Source: Phycisphaerales bacterium JB037 (lineage in GTDB: Bacteria > Planctomycetota > Phycisphaerae > Phycisphaerales > UBA1924). From it: a stretch of DNA of 64,000 bases. A program made the position numbers and the translations under genes. Each line of letters opens with the position of its first letter. The first letter of the stretch is position 1. Under the pieces are notes generated by a model that worked only from the letters and a program-made list of their open reading frames with translations, had not been told where the DNA came from and searched no databases. The stretch is taken from contig JBICIG010000060.1 in the NCBI GenBank assembly GCA_043101605.1, positions 5,203-69,202 on the forward strand, read 5' to 3'. Shown here in pieces: positions 34,207 to 43,700 of the stretch.

Positions 34207-35655
34207 TCAATCGGGTTTCGGCGGGAACAACACCCAGTCGCCGTTCACCTTGTCCGCCAGGGTCGGATCCTCCCGCACGGCATCGCGCCACGCGATGGGG
34301 TTGAAGTGCACCGGCGGCTCGCGCGACGACCGCTCGCCCCCGTCGTCGTCGCGATCCTCTCCGATCGACCAGATCCGAGGCCAGGCGTCGCGCAACGCAT
34401 ACCGCAACGGCTCACCATCGAACGGATCGAGCGGCCAGCCCGCGCGCACGCGCTCCGAAAAGTCCGCACGCGTCGCCGGATACGCCCCATGCTCACGCCG
34501 GTGCAGCTCCGCTTCGATCGCGAGCGCCGCGGCGGCGATCCGGGTCTCACGCAGGAACGCCACCTGCACCGCCCTGTCCATCGCGGGCATGTAGAGCCAC
34601 ACCAGCGGATGCCGCTTCCGTCCGCCCCGTTCGCCGAGCATCCCGCGGATGTCGCCCAGCCTCCAGGTCGCCTCGTCCCAGGGATCTCCCTCGAGCATGC
34701 GGCTCACCTGCTGCAGACCCTCCTCGTAGACCTCGACCGTCTCGGCGCGACGAGCGGCTCGCCACAGGTCGCCGAGCGATTCGAATTCGCTCCCGCCATA
34801 GAGCTGAGAGACCTGCATGAACTGCTCGCCGAGGATCATCCCGTTCGCGCCCTCCCCATAGGTGCGCTGCACGGTGTCGAGAAACATGAACCGCTCGAAC
34901 TCCAACGACCCGGCGATGATGCTGCGCGACTCGACCCGCAGCAGCGCGTCACGCAGCCGCCGATACTGGGCGGCCGAGAAGAACCCGGGCGAGTCGCCGA
35001 GCGCCTCTTGCAGCGTGCCGATCGCGAGCGAATCGATCGCGACCCCGACGAGCGAAGAGATGAGCATGCCCTGGTCGTACAGGTGCCGGCTCATCCCGAG
35101 CATCACCTCCAGATCGACCGTCGCTCGCTCGGCATCCCCGACCTCGATCGCCCGCCGGATGTCCGTCGTGAGGACGCGCGCAAACCGGCGAAACGAGCCC
35201 AGCGCCGCCAGGTCCGCCTGGGTGAAGTCAAAGGACTCCGGGCCCGGAAGCACCGCTTCCTCGGGCCGCGCCGGCACGAATTCGCCCGCCTCGCCCGGGT
35301 CGTCGCTGCGAGGCCATACCGGGTAGCCCATCCGCGCCCGCCCGCTCGCCTCCCGCAGCAACTCGAAGACCCGCTCGTTCCGATCGAGGTACGCGACGAC
35401 CTCGTCCCAGCGGTGCCCGCCCGGCTCGGCTGGCCACTCGAACTCGTCGTCCAGACGCCACGCCGCCGGCTGGGGCTCGAGCAACCCGATCGCCTCGCGG
35501 TAGACAGGCCACGCCCGATCCTCGGCCGGGATCGCCGCGATCCGCTCGTTCCACTCGGCCGCGTAGTTGCGAGTGATCCGGATCCCGTCGTCCGGATCCA
35601 CGGGCCGATCGCCGTAGAGAAACACCACCACCGCCGCCAACAGGAACTCGATCAT
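34207..35655 (-). CDS. hypothetical protein with N-terminal TM helix and C-terminal GDWVLFPP module
   Basis: 482-aa ORF. Begins MIEFLLAAVVVFLYG and ends ..NPIAWRDAVREDPTLADKVNGDWVLFPPKPD. Confidence 0.6.
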   Translation of the reverse strand: MIEFLLAAVVVFLYGDRPVDPDDGIRITRNYAAEWNERIAAIPAEDRAWPVYREAIGLLEPQPAAWRLDDEFEWPAEPGGHRWDEVVAYLDRNERVFELLREASGRARMGYPVWPRSDDPGEAGEFVPARPEEAVLPGPESFDFTQADLAALGSFRRFARVLTTDIRRAIEVGDAERATVDLEVMLGMSRHLYDQGMLISSLVGVAIDSLAIGTLQEALGDSPGFFSAAQYRRLRDALLRVESRSIIAGSLEFERFMFLDTVQRTYGEGANGMILGEQFMQVSQLYGGSEFESLGDLWRAARRAETVEVYEEGLQQVSRMLEGDPWDEATWRLGDIRGMLGERGGRKRHPLVWLYMPAMDRAVQVAFLRETRIAAAALAIEAELHRREHGAYPATRADFSERVRAGWPLDPFDGEPLRYALRDAWPRIWSIGEDRDDDGGERSSREPPVHFNPIAWRDAVREDPTLADKVNGDWVLFPPKPD

Positions 35656-35724
35656 GCCCGCATCCTAAACGAGAGGCAAAGGCCGACCAAACTCCTCCCG
35701 ACGAGCCCCCCGCACACGATCCGC

Positions 35725-35753
35725 TTGACGACGCCGACCTCGCGGAATATATT
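35725..35753 (+). promoter_or_regulatory. sigma-70-like promoter upstream of pirin
   Basis: TTGACG (35725..35730), a 17-nt spacer, then TATATT (35748..35753). Confidence 0.55.
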
Positions 35754-35754
35754 T

Positions 35755-35766
35755 GTTGTCACAAGT
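35755..35766 (-). promoter_or_regulatory. second copy of the candidate MarR operator (GTTGTCACAAGT, the reverse complement of ACTTGTGACAAC)
   Basis: Lies immediately downstream of the -10 element. Exact 12-nt match to 33076..33087. Confidence 0.5.
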
Positions 35767-35839
35767 ATTTGCCTCCCGATGAAACAGCCCGCTCGTGACG
35801 CGGGCAACACGAAGGGCACACGCCACGAGGAGGATCGCC

Positions 35840-36541
35840 ATGATCCGCACGCGCAAGGCATCCGAGCGAGGGCACGCCAACCACGGCTGGCTCAACGCGC
35901 GACACTCCTTCAGCTTCGGGCGATACCACGACCCCCGCTGGATGGGCTTCGGCCCGCTCCGCGTCATCAACGACGACCGCATCGCCCCGGGCCGGGGCTT
36001 CGCCGAGCACCCCCACGCCGAGATGGAGATCATCACCATCGTGCTCGAGGGTGCGCTCGCCCACGCCGACAGCACTGGGTCGGCCGGTGTCCTGCGCCGG
36101 GGAGACATCCAGCGCATGACCGCCGGCACCGGCATCCGCCACTCGGAGAAGAACGCCTCGACCACCGAGCCCATCCGCCTGCTGCAGATCTGGATCGAGC
36201 CCGCCACGCCCGGCCTCGCGCCGGGCTACGAGCAGCGCGCCTTCCCCGAGAGCGACCGCTCGGGCGAACTCCGTCTCATCGCTTCCCCCGACGGGCGCGA
36301 CGGCTCGCTGACGATCCACCAGGACGCTTCGCTCTACCTCGCCTCGCTCGCTTCGGGCGACCGCGTGAGGCACACGATCGAGCCGGGCCGACGCGTCTGG
36401 GTGCAGATCGCCGAGGGCTCGGTCACGATCGCCGGCGAGACCTACTCCGAAGGCGACGCCGCGATCCTCGAGAACGAGACCGAGGTCACGATCGAGGGAG
36501 CGAGTGATCGCTCCGAGACTGTCGTCTTCGACCTGCCCTGA
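35840..36541 (+). CDS. pirin-family protein (YhhW/quercetinase-like)
   Basis: ATG at 35840 follows GAGGAGGA. Contains HGWLNARHSFSFG.Y and GFAEHPHAEMEIITIVLEG. Confidence 0.9.
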   Translation: MIRTRKASERGHANHGWLNARHSFSFGRYHDPRWMGFGPLRVINDDRIAPGRGFAEHPHAEMEIITIVLEGALAHADSTGSAGVLRRGDIQRMTAGTGIRHSEKNASTTEPIRLLQIWIEPATPGLAPGYEQRAFPESDRSGELRLIASPDGRDGSLTIHQDASLYLASLASGDRVRHTIEPGRRVWVQIAEGSVTIAGETYSEGDAAILENETEVTIEGASDRSETVVFDLP

Positions 36542-36618
36542 CCACCCGTTTCTCCCAAGCCCATCCACTCATCATCCACCAACCCACGATCCACCACCCA
36601 CCCACCAAGGAGCCCCCC

Positions 36619-36999
36619 ATGAGCACCGTCACCGACCTCGTCCACGACCTCATCGAGCACCTCAAGGAAGGGAAGATCCTCGATGCGTTCGAGAAGCACT
36701 ACGCCGAGAACGTCGAGATGGCCGAGAGCCGTGGCGAGCCGACCGTCGGCAAGGACGCCAACCGCGAGCGCGAGAAGCAGTTCCTCGCCTCGGTCAAGGA
36801 ATGGAAGGGCCTGAGCATCACCGCGCTCGGCGTCAGCCCCGAGGGCAACGACTCGGGCACCGGCGTCTCGTTCCTCGAATACGACTTCGACTTCATCAAC
36901 CAGGACGATGAGCCCATCCGCTACGAGCAGGTCGCCGTCCAGACCTGGGAGAACGGCAAGATCGTCCGCGAACGGTTCTATTACGATCCGGGCGCGTGA
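36619..36999 (+). CDS. SnoaL/NTF2-like small protein
   Basis: 126 aa. The pattern ...FEKHYAENVEMAES....E.V.VQTWENGKIVRERFYY is typical of the SnoaL-like fold. Confidence 0.7.
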   Translation: MSTVTDLVHDLIEHLKEGKILDAFEKHYAENVEMAESRGEPTVGKDANREREKQFLASVKEWKGLSITALGVSPEGNDSGTGVSFLEYDFDFINQDDEPIRYEQVAVQTWENGKIVRERFYYDPGA

Positions 37000-37025
37000 T
37001 CCGCACGGCTTCCATCCATTCGCAC

Positions 37026-37050
37026 AAGGCCCCGAGTGGGGCCTTCTTCG
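37026..37050. terminator. terminator hairpin between convergent genes
   Basis: AAGGCCCC-gagt-GGGGCCTT is followed by CTTCG. Confidence 0.65.
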
Positions 37051-37074
37051 TGCGCATGCGCCGAGCGCTGGCGC

Positions 37075-37665
37075 TCACACCCCCAGCGTCGCCCGTACCA
37101 GTTTCTCAACCTCGTGCACCGAGTCGATCGCAAGAAAGCCGTACCGCGTCGTGCTCGTCGTGCGGTGCCCATCGGAATCGCGCCCCTCGGTGACGATCTC
37201 CTTGAACACCAGGTCCCCCGAGCCGTCGCGACGCTCGCGCCGGGTCATGTCGCCGAGTTCGTCCGCGTTGAACGACTGCACGCTGAACGATCCGAAGACC
37301 GACGCCTTGAAGACGATCGCCCGCTCGCTCGTCAACGCGTACGCCGTGTGCCGCGCCGCCCTCGCCGCGAGCAGGGGCGAGAGCATGATCGCCAGCCCCA
37401 CCAGCACGAAGGGCACCCCGAACAGCGGGAACCACGAGAACGACCCGTTCGCGCTCGAGAACCCGCCCGAGACGCCCGCCGCTCCGAAGATCCAGAACAC
37501 CGCGAACCCGGCGAAGGCCGCGCCGAAGAGCGTCGCGAACCAGAACGATCGGGCCGCCAGCCACGCCCGCGGCTGGGCCGTCCAGATCAGCTCCTCGCCG
37601 TCCCGCAACTCACCATCCACGCGGTGTTGCATCGCCATCGGCAGCACGGTCGTCTGGAGCATCAT
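37075..37665 (-). CDS. hypothetical membrane protein
   Basis: Start at Met51 of ORF 37075..37815. The longer reading would overlap the tRNA and the heptamer repeat. Two TM helices are present (FWFATLFGAAFAGFAVFWIF, FPLFGVPFVLVGLAIML). Confidence 0.55.
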   Translation of the reverse strand: MMLQTTVLPMAMQHRVDGELRDGEELIWTAQPRAWLAARSFWFATLFGAAFAGFAVFWIFGAAGVSGGFSSANGSFSWFPLFGVPFVLVGLAIMLSPLLAARAARHTAYALTSERAIVFKASVFGSFSVQSFNADELGDMTRRERRDGSGDLVFKEIVTEGRDSDGHRTTSTTRYGFLAIDSVHEVEKLVRATLGV

Positions 37666-37696
37666 CGCTGACTCCGCAGGCTCTGGGTCCGCAACC

Positions 37697-37731
37697 CCCA
37701 TCGCCCATTGCCCACTCCCCATTGCCGAATC
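37697..37731 (+). repeat. degenerate CCCATTG-family heptamer array
   Basis: cccatcg cccattg cccactc cccattg ccgaatc. The array lies between the tRNA-Leu 3' end and the next gene start. Confidence 0.7.
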
Positions 37732-37736
37732 TCCAA

Positions 37737-37821
37737 TGCGGGTGACAGGACTCGAACCTGCACGGCCTATTCGGCCACGAGGACCTAAACCTCGCGCGTC
37801 TGCCAATTCCGCCACACCCGC
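37737..37821 (-). tRNA. tRNA-Leu (anticodon UAG), class II
   Basis: Manual fold of GCGGGTG-TG-GCGGAATTGGCAGACGC-G-CGAGG-TTTAGGT-CCTCG-TGGCCGAATAGGCCGT-GCAGG-TTCGAGT-CCTGT-CACCCGC-A. No CCA is encoded. Confidence 0.9.
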
Positions 37822-38104
37822 GGCGCGCCGATCCTATCCGACCCCTCCCACCGTCCGGTCGGCCCCGCACCGCCGTCATCACCCGCACACACCCAACACA
37901 CACCCGCCATCGGCCCGGAGTCCGCCCGCGTCGGCTCACCCCAACCCCCCGCGTCTCTGTATGATGAAACGGGGTTCGGGGCAATCCCGTGCCCCCGATC
38001 CCGAACGAGACGCCGGCGGCCCGGGTTTCGCCCCTCGTCCGCCCGCCCCCGACGCGTCCGACGCATGCCCGACTGGACGCCCGACCCGCAAGGAGTGCCC
38101 CTCC

Positions 38105-38950
38105 ATGACCTTCCGCCAGAGCCTCGCGTGCAACATGACGCCCCTGCTTCTCCGCGTGGTGCTCGCGGTCACCTTCCTCTGGGCGGGGCTCGGCAAGCTT
38201 GTCGAGCACGATGTCACCGTCACGCAGGACAACGCCCAGGTGCTCGTCAACCTCGGCTCCATCACCGCCGCCGAGGCCCGCGAGAAGGGCTTCACCGTCA
38301 CCGATTCCCCGGCCGAGTCGCCCAACACCGACGAGCCCGCCGCCGACAACCCCGATCAGCCCGAGGCCCCCGCCGAAGGCGAAGACGACTTCTTCCGTCC
38401 CAGCGGCATGGCGCCCGACGCTACCAACGACTACGCCGGCGCCGCGTCGATCACCCTCGTCGCCCAGGACGACGCCGACGCCGGCCCGTGGAAGCTCCGC
38501 CGCGTCGAGGGGCTGGCGATGTTCATCTACGCCGCGACCATGCCCGTCGAGGAGTGGAACGGCAAGCGTCTTCTCCCGGCCGAGCTCGGCAAGAAGGGCC
38601 TCCCGCGCTACATGGCGTGGGCGGTCATGCTCACCGAACTCGCCGCCGGCGGGTTCATCCTCATCGGATTCCTGACCCGCATCTGGGGCCTGGCCCTCGC
38701 GGTCGTCATGGGCACCGCGCTCTACATGACCGCCATCGGGCCCGCGATCCTCTCGGGCAACAATCACCTGGGCTTCCTCCCCGATTACGAGGTCTTCGAC
38801 TCCAACGCGTGGTCCAAGCCCCTCTGGCAGTTCGCCCTCATGATGATCGGCTTTGCGATCATGTTCGCCGGCGCCGGAGCCGCCTCCATCGACCGCATGC
38901 TCTTCGGCTCCATCGCCGGCGGCGACGGCGACGGCGATGACGACGACTGA
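38105..38950 (+). CDS. DoxX-family membrane protein with acidic insert and tail
   Basis: ATG at 38105 inside ORF 36908..38950. Contains LLLRVVLAVTFLWAGLGKL and ELAAGGFILIGFLTRIWGLALAVVMGTA. Confidence 0.75.
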   Translation: MTFRQSLACNMTPLLLRVVLAVTFLWAGLGKLVEHDVTVTQDNAQVLVNLGSITAAEAREKGFTVTDSPAESPNTDEPAADNPDQPEAPAEGEDDFFRPSGMAPDATNDYAGAASITLVAQDDADAGPWKLRRVEGLAMFIYAATMPVEEWNGKRLLPAELGKKGLPRYMAWAVMLTELAAGGFILIGFLTRIWGLALAVVMGTALYMTAIGPAILSGNNHLGFLPDYEVFDSNAWSKPLWQFALMMIGFAIMFAGAGAASIDRMLFGSIAGGDGDGDDDD

Positions 38951-41783
38951 TCCCCACGATCCCGCCCTTCACCCCGACGACGCCCCGCCGCTGCAGCGCC
39001 TGGCCGCGGGCGCGCGCCGGCTCCTCGTCCCCTCCCTCGCCTCGGTCGGCGTCCACATCGCCCTGCTCGCGCTCCTCGCGACCGTCACATGGTCCCTCGT
39101 CGCGCCTCCGGCCGACGCTCCGCGCCCAGGGCTCGAGGTCCTCCTCGACGCGCCCTCCAGCAGCACCCCCGAGCCCCTCGATCAGCCGCTGCCCGCCGAC
39201 GCCCGCGCCGACTCCTCTCCCGCCCCGCTGGCCGTGCCCGAATCCCCCGCCGAGCCGCCCCCCGTCCCCGGGCGCTCGCCTGCGCGCGCACCGGCCCTGA
39301 ACACCATCGCCCGCGACCTCCCCGCCCCGATCGCCGCCCCGAGGCTCACCGATCTCAAGTCCGCCCGCCCCTCGACGATCTCTTTCGCCGGCGTGCGGGG
39401 CCCGCGCGCCGAGAGCGTCGTCTTCGTCGTCGACGCCTCGGGCGCGATGACCACCAGCCTCCCCTTCGTCCTCGAGGAACTCGCCCGCACCATCGACCGC
39501 CTCCGCGAGGATGTCCGCTTCGACATCATCGTCTTCCGCGATCGCAGCACCATCGAAGCCGCCCGCGTCGCGGGCACCGCCTCGCTCCCCCCCGCCGCGG
39601 GCGATGCCGGGCTCCGCCCCGCGACCCCGCTCAACCGCGCCGCCGCCAGAGACTGGCTCCGCACGATCACCCCCAGCGGGCGATCGAACCCCCTCGACGG
39701 GCTCGACGCCGCGTTCGAACTCGAAGAGCCCCCCGATGTCGTCTTCCTGCTGGCGCGCAGCATCCGCCGCACCGAGAACACGACCTGGGGCGCCGGGCTC
39801 GACGCGATCATGGAACGCCTCGATCGGCTCAACCCGCCGCGCCCCGCCGGCGACCGCCGAACCCAGATCCGCACCATCCAGTTCATCGACGACGATCCCA
39901 CCGGCATCATGCAGGCGATCGCCACGCGCCACGGCGGCGGCATCGACGCGTACTCCCTCCGCACCATCGATCAACTCCGCGCCTCCCTCGACGCACCCGA
40001 CCCGCAGGTCGCCCTCGACCGCACCGCCGACTCGGCCGCCGAACTCCTCGCCTCGCTCTCGGCCGACGCCACCGATCTCTTCGTCCTCTTCGGGCTCGCC
40101 TCCGACGAGCAGCGCACCCGCGCGCGCGAAGTCTCGGTCCGCGTCCTCGAGCGCCTCGGGCTCCGCCCCGAGGATCCCTACGCCGCGTACCTCGCCGAGC
40201 GCGCCCTGGCGATCCGCGCCCTCGCCTCGGGCTCGCCCGACACGCGCCCCGCGCGCGCGCTCGATCTCGACGACGGCTCGGTCCTCGCGTGGCTCATCCG
40301 CCACGCCCGCCGATGCGCCTTCGTCGCCGCCGGGCGCGGCGCCCTCGCCCCCTCCGACGCCGAGGAAGGCTGGACCCGCCGCCCCGACGACCTCGACCCG
40401 CTCTCATCACTCGAAGCCGCCCTGCTGTCGCTGCGCATCGCCGACGCCGGCACGCGCGACGACGCCCGCGAGCGCGTCATGCGCCTGCTCGCCTCGACGC
40501 CGCTCGCCCAAGCCGGCCGCGCCGACCCCGTGCTCCGCGTCCTCGCCGCCGATGCCGAGGCGCTGGGGGCGCGCGACGCGATCACCGGGCGCGCAAGCGT
40601 CGTCGCCGTCTTCGCCCCCCACCAGCGCCTGCTCGACGATCCCGAACTCGCCGGCGCGCTCGGGCTCGATGCCACGCAGTTCGAGGACTTCCTGCTGGCT
40701 CGCCTCGCGGCTCTGGCGACGCCCGACATGGACCTCGCCGCCGCCCCGCCCCGCGCTCTGCTGGCCGAGGCGCTCGAAGCCCTCGCCGCCGATCCACGCT
40801 CGCCGCGCGCCCGCCAACTGCTCCGCTCGATCATCGGGCATGCCCAAGCGGGCCGGCTCGCACGCCAGGCCGCGCTGCTGCTGGCGCGCACGCTGCTCGA
40901 CGATCCCGCGCCCTCGGCCGAGCCGGTGGAACTGCTGCTGCTCGTCGCGACGCGTTGGCCGACCGTGCCCGGCGCCGCCGATGCGATCGAGCGCGCGCTC
41001 CACGAGGCCCGCCGGCTCGAAGCCACCGGCGCCGTGCACGCGCCTCTCTACGAGCGCGTCCTCAACGCCGCGCTCACCGATCCATCGCTCCGCGACCGTG
41101 CGTTCTGGCGGGCCGAACTCGACCGCCTGCTGCTCGCCCGCGCGCGCGCGAGCAGCCCCGCCGCCGCGCTGGACGATCTGGAGCACATCGCCCCGGACAG
41201 CCCGCTCGCCCGCCCCGCGCGCGATCTCTACGAGGAGCGCATCGGCGCGATGATCGCCGACGCCTCGGCCGGGCTGCTCGGGCGCGACGGGCTCGTCCTC
41301 GCCGATCCGCCCCGCGACCGTTGGCTCGCCGCCGTCCGCATGGTCGAGCGGCGTCTGCAGTACGCCAGCGAGCGCGACGCCGGGGCGCTCCGCGATGCCT
41401 CGGTGCAACTGGCGCGCCTCGTGCTCACCGCCGACCCCGCGCGGGCCGAGACCTTCGCCCGCGCCGCCGCGATCAACGCGACCACCGCCGAGGAGCGCCG
41501 ACGCGCCCAACTCGTTCAGGCCGAGGCGCTCACGCTGCTGGGCAAGGGTCCGCGCGCCTTCGAGCTGCTCTCGCCCATGCTCGACGGGTCGGCCATGCCC
41601 GACTCGCCCGAGGCGTGGCACGCGTGGACGCTCGCGCTCGAGATCCTCGCCGCACGCGCGCGCGACGACGAACTCGCTCGCGCCCGCACCCACCTCGCCC
41701 GGCTGCGCGCCCTCGACCCCGAACTCGGCGGCGGGATCTGGCGCGAACGCCTCGAGCGCGTCGCGGACCGCCTCGAACCCTGA
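38937..41783 (+). CDS. large TM / Pro-rich / vWA-domain / helical-repeat protein
   Basis: ATG at 38937 overlaps the doxX end by 14 nt. TM helix SLASVGVHIALLALLATV is present. vWA MIDAS-like VVFVVDASGAMTTS...SGRSNPLDGL. A C-terminal region of about 600 aa rich in Ala/Leu/Arg is helical-looking. Confidence 0.65.
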   Translation: MTTTDPHDPALHPDDAPPLQRLAAGARRLLVPSLASVGVHIALLALLATVTWSLVAPPADAPRPGLEVLLDAPSSSTPEPLDQPLPADARADSSPAPLAVPESPAEPPPVPGRSPARAPALNTIARDLPAPIAAPRLTDLKSARPSTISFAGVRGPRAESVVFVVDASGAMTTSLPFVLEELARTIDRLREDVRFDIIVFRDRSTIEAARVAGTASLPPAAGDAGLRPATPLNRAAARDWLRTITPSGRSNPLDGLDAAFELEEPPDVVFLLARSIRRTENTTWGAGLDAIMERLDRLNPPRPAGDRRTQIRTIQFIDDDPTGIMQAIATRHGGGIDAYSLRTIDQLRASLDAPDPQVALDRTADSAAELLASLSADATDLFVLFGLASDEQRTRAREVSVRVLERLGLRPEDPYAAYLAERALAIRALASGSPDTRPARALDLDDGSVLAWLIRHARRCAFVAAGRGALAPSDAEEGWTRRPDDLDPLSSLEAALLSLRIADAGTRDDARERVMRLLASTPLAQAGRADPVLRVLAADAEALGARDAITGRASVVAVFAPHQRLLDDPELAGALGLDATQFEDFLLARLAALATPDMDLAAAPPRALLAEALEALAADPRSPRARQLLRSIIGHAQAGRLARQAALLLARTLLDDPAPSAEPVELLLLVATRWPTVPGAADAIERALHEARRLEATGAVHAPLYERVLNAALTDPSLRDRAFWRAELDRLLLARARASSPAAALDDLEHIAPDSPLARPARDLYEERIGAMIADASAGLLGRDGLVLADPPRDRWLAAVRMVERRLQYASERDAGALRDASVQLARLVLTADPARAETFARAAAINATTAEERRRAQLVQAEALTLLGKGPRAFELLSPMLDGSAMPDSPEAWHAWTLALEILAARARDDELARARTHLARLRALDPELGGGIWRERLERVADRLEP

Positions 41784-41835
41784 TCGTCGCGCCCGCGGGA
41801 CCTCCGCTCACATCGACGCGGGTACACTCGCCGCG

Positions 41836-42498
41836 ATGGTCACGGAGGACGCACCAACCTGGGCCCACGCCCTCGCCGGGCGGATGCTGGTCTTCGAGGG
41901 GCCCGACGGCTCTGGCAAGTCGACACAGCTCCGCCGATTCGTCGACGCCGTGCGCACGACCGGGCTCGAGGTCGTCGAGGTCCGCGAGCCGGGGGGCACC
42001 GAGGTCGGCGAGAAGATCCGCCGCGTCCTGCTCGACCACCTCGACGAGGAAATGTCCCCCACCTGCGAGATGCTGCTCTACATGGCAAGCCGGGCCCAAC
42101 TGGTCGCCCAGCGGATCGAGCCGGCGCTGGCCCGCGGCGCGCTCGTCGTCGCCGACCGGTTCGTCAGCTCCACGCTCGCCTACCAGGGCGCCGCCGGCGG
42201 GGTCTCGACCGAGGCAATCCGCGCCGTCGCCGAGATCGCCTGCGCGGGGCTCGAGCCCGACCTGGTGCTGATCTTCGATGTCGACGAGGAGACCGCCGCC
42301 CGCCGCCTGAGCCCCCTGCTCGATCGCATGGAAGCCAAGGGTCGCGCCTTCCACGCCCGCGTCCGCGCGGGGTATCACGAGCAGGCCCGGGCCGAGCCCG
42401 GCCGCCACCTGATCATCGATGCGCGCCTCGGCGAGGAGGAGGTCTGGCGCTCCCTCCTCTCAGCACTCGGCTCCCACCCGCTGACCTCCTCCCGCTGA
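41836..42498 (+). CDS. tmk: thymidylate kinase
   Basis: Contains the P-loop FEGPDGSGKST, REPGGT, and ADRFVSSTLAYQG. Confidence 0.9.
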   Translation: MVTEDAPTWAHALAGRMLVFEGPDGSGKSTQLRRFVDAVRTTGLEVVEVREPGGTEVGEKIRRVLLDHLDEEMSPTCEMLLYMASRAQLVAQRIEPALARGALVVADRFVSSTLAYQGAAGGVSTEAIRAVAEIACAGLEPDLVLIFDVDEETAARRLSPLLDRMEAKGRAFHARVRAGYHEQARAEPGRHLIIDARLGEEEVWRSLLSALGSHPLTSSR

Positions 42499-43178
42499 TG
42501 CTCTGGACCATCGCCATCGCCGTCTCCTTTCTCTCGGGCTCGGTGCCCTACGGCTTGCTGCTGGCGCGATGGTTCGCGGGCATCGACATCCGCGAGCACG
42601 GCTCGGGCAACATCGGGGCCACCAATGTCGGACGCGTGCTGGGCGCGCGCCTCGGGCTCGTCTGCTTCACGCTCGATGTCCTCAAGGGCTTTGTCCCCAC
42701 GATCGGCTTCGGGCTCGCCGCGGGCGTGGTCGGCACGCTGAGCATCCCTCCGACAGACGCGTGGCTCTGGCTGGCGACGATGGCCGCCGCCGTCCTCGGA
42801 CACCTCTTCTGCCCCTGGATCGGTTTCCGAGGAGGCAAGGGTGTCGCGACCGGGCTCGGCGCGCTGCTGGGCGTCTACCCCGCCCTCTCGCTGTCGGCGT
42901 TGGTCGCACTGGGCGTCTGGATCGTCACGCTCCGGCTGTGGAAGTTCGTCGGCGTCAGTTCCACCCTCGCCGCGATCAGCCTGCCCATCTCCGTCGCGGT
43001 CATCTTCCTGCTTCGCGATGCGTGGAACTCGGCGACGCCCTTCCTGGTCGTCACGCTTGCCCTGGCGGCGCTGGTGGTCTTCAAGCACCGGGGCAATCTC
43101 CGCCGAACCCTCGCCGGGACCGAGCCGAAGTTCGGCGACCGGGCCCGATCGGCGACGGTCGATCAGCCTGCGTCCTGA
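42498..43178 (+). CDS. plsY: glycerol-3-phosphate acyltransferase
   Basis: Contains GSVPYGLLLAR, HGSGNIGATNVGR and DVLKGFVP. The start overlaps the tmk stop by 1 nt. Confidence 0.9.
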   Translation: MLWTIAIAVSFLSGSVPYGLLLARWFAGIDIREHGSGNIGATNVGRVLGARLGLVCFTLDVLKGFVPTIGFGLAAGVVGTLSIPPTDAWLWLATMAAAVLGHLFCPWIGFRGGKGVATGLGALLGVYPALSLSALVALGVWIVTLRLWKFVGVSSTLAAISLPISVAVIFLLRDAWNSATPFLVVTLALAALVVFKHRGNLRRTLAGTEPKFGDRARSATVDQPAS

Positions 43179-43411
43179 CCGCCCTCCGATCTCCGCCCCC
43201 AACGAACCACTGGGTCCCGTCGCTTATCCGGACGCCCCCGAGGTCCGCATCGGTTTCAAAGCTGGGCAAGATGGGGAAGAAATCCGCCCCCCGATTTCGG
43301 GTTGGAAGGGTTGTGCGGACCCTGCTGCAGTTCTTGCGCCCCCCGGGCCGCGTTCAAGTCATGATCGTGACGATGAATGCCCAGGCGGCTCAACCGCCGA
43401 CGGGAGGATTC

Positions 43412-43651
43412 ATGATGCCCACACTCCGCCTTATCGACGACTCGCGGCTGGACACCGACGTGATTCAGGTCACCCGCGACGAGTTCCGCCGGGCCCCCCA
43501 GGCCCGGTTCGGGCGACTCGTCGGGCTCGACCCGATCGCACACGCCCACCACGCCCTCGACCGGGTGCAGGCCCAGCTCGACGATCTCGCCGATCTTGCT
43601 GAGAGCGAGTTCCGGTTCAACGCCGAGGACGACGGCCCCCGCGCCGCCTGA
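43412..43651 (+). CDS. hypothetical small protein (79 aa)
   Basis: ATG at 43412 follows GGGAGGA. It is the tail of track ORF 42569..43651. No family recognised. Confidence 0.4.
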   Translation: MMPTLRLIDDSRLDTDVIQVTRDEFRRAPQARFGRLVGLDPIAHAHHALDRVQAQLDDLADLAESEFRFNAEDDGPRAA

Positions 43652-43700
43652 TCCCGATCGCCGCCGTTCCGGCTGACGCGATCTCGCCCGGCCGGGGCGA

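Noticed and set aside
37075-37815. Full 246-aa version of the ORF
   Set aside because: Its first 50 codons run through tRNA-Leu and the heptamer array (..GSGQWAMG..). The start was moved to Met51.
39089-42271. 1060-aa + strand ORF
   Set aside because: It is an alternative frame of the vWA-protein and tmk genes. It is almost pure Arg/Pro/Ala low complexity. The tmk and vWA frames carry real motifs.
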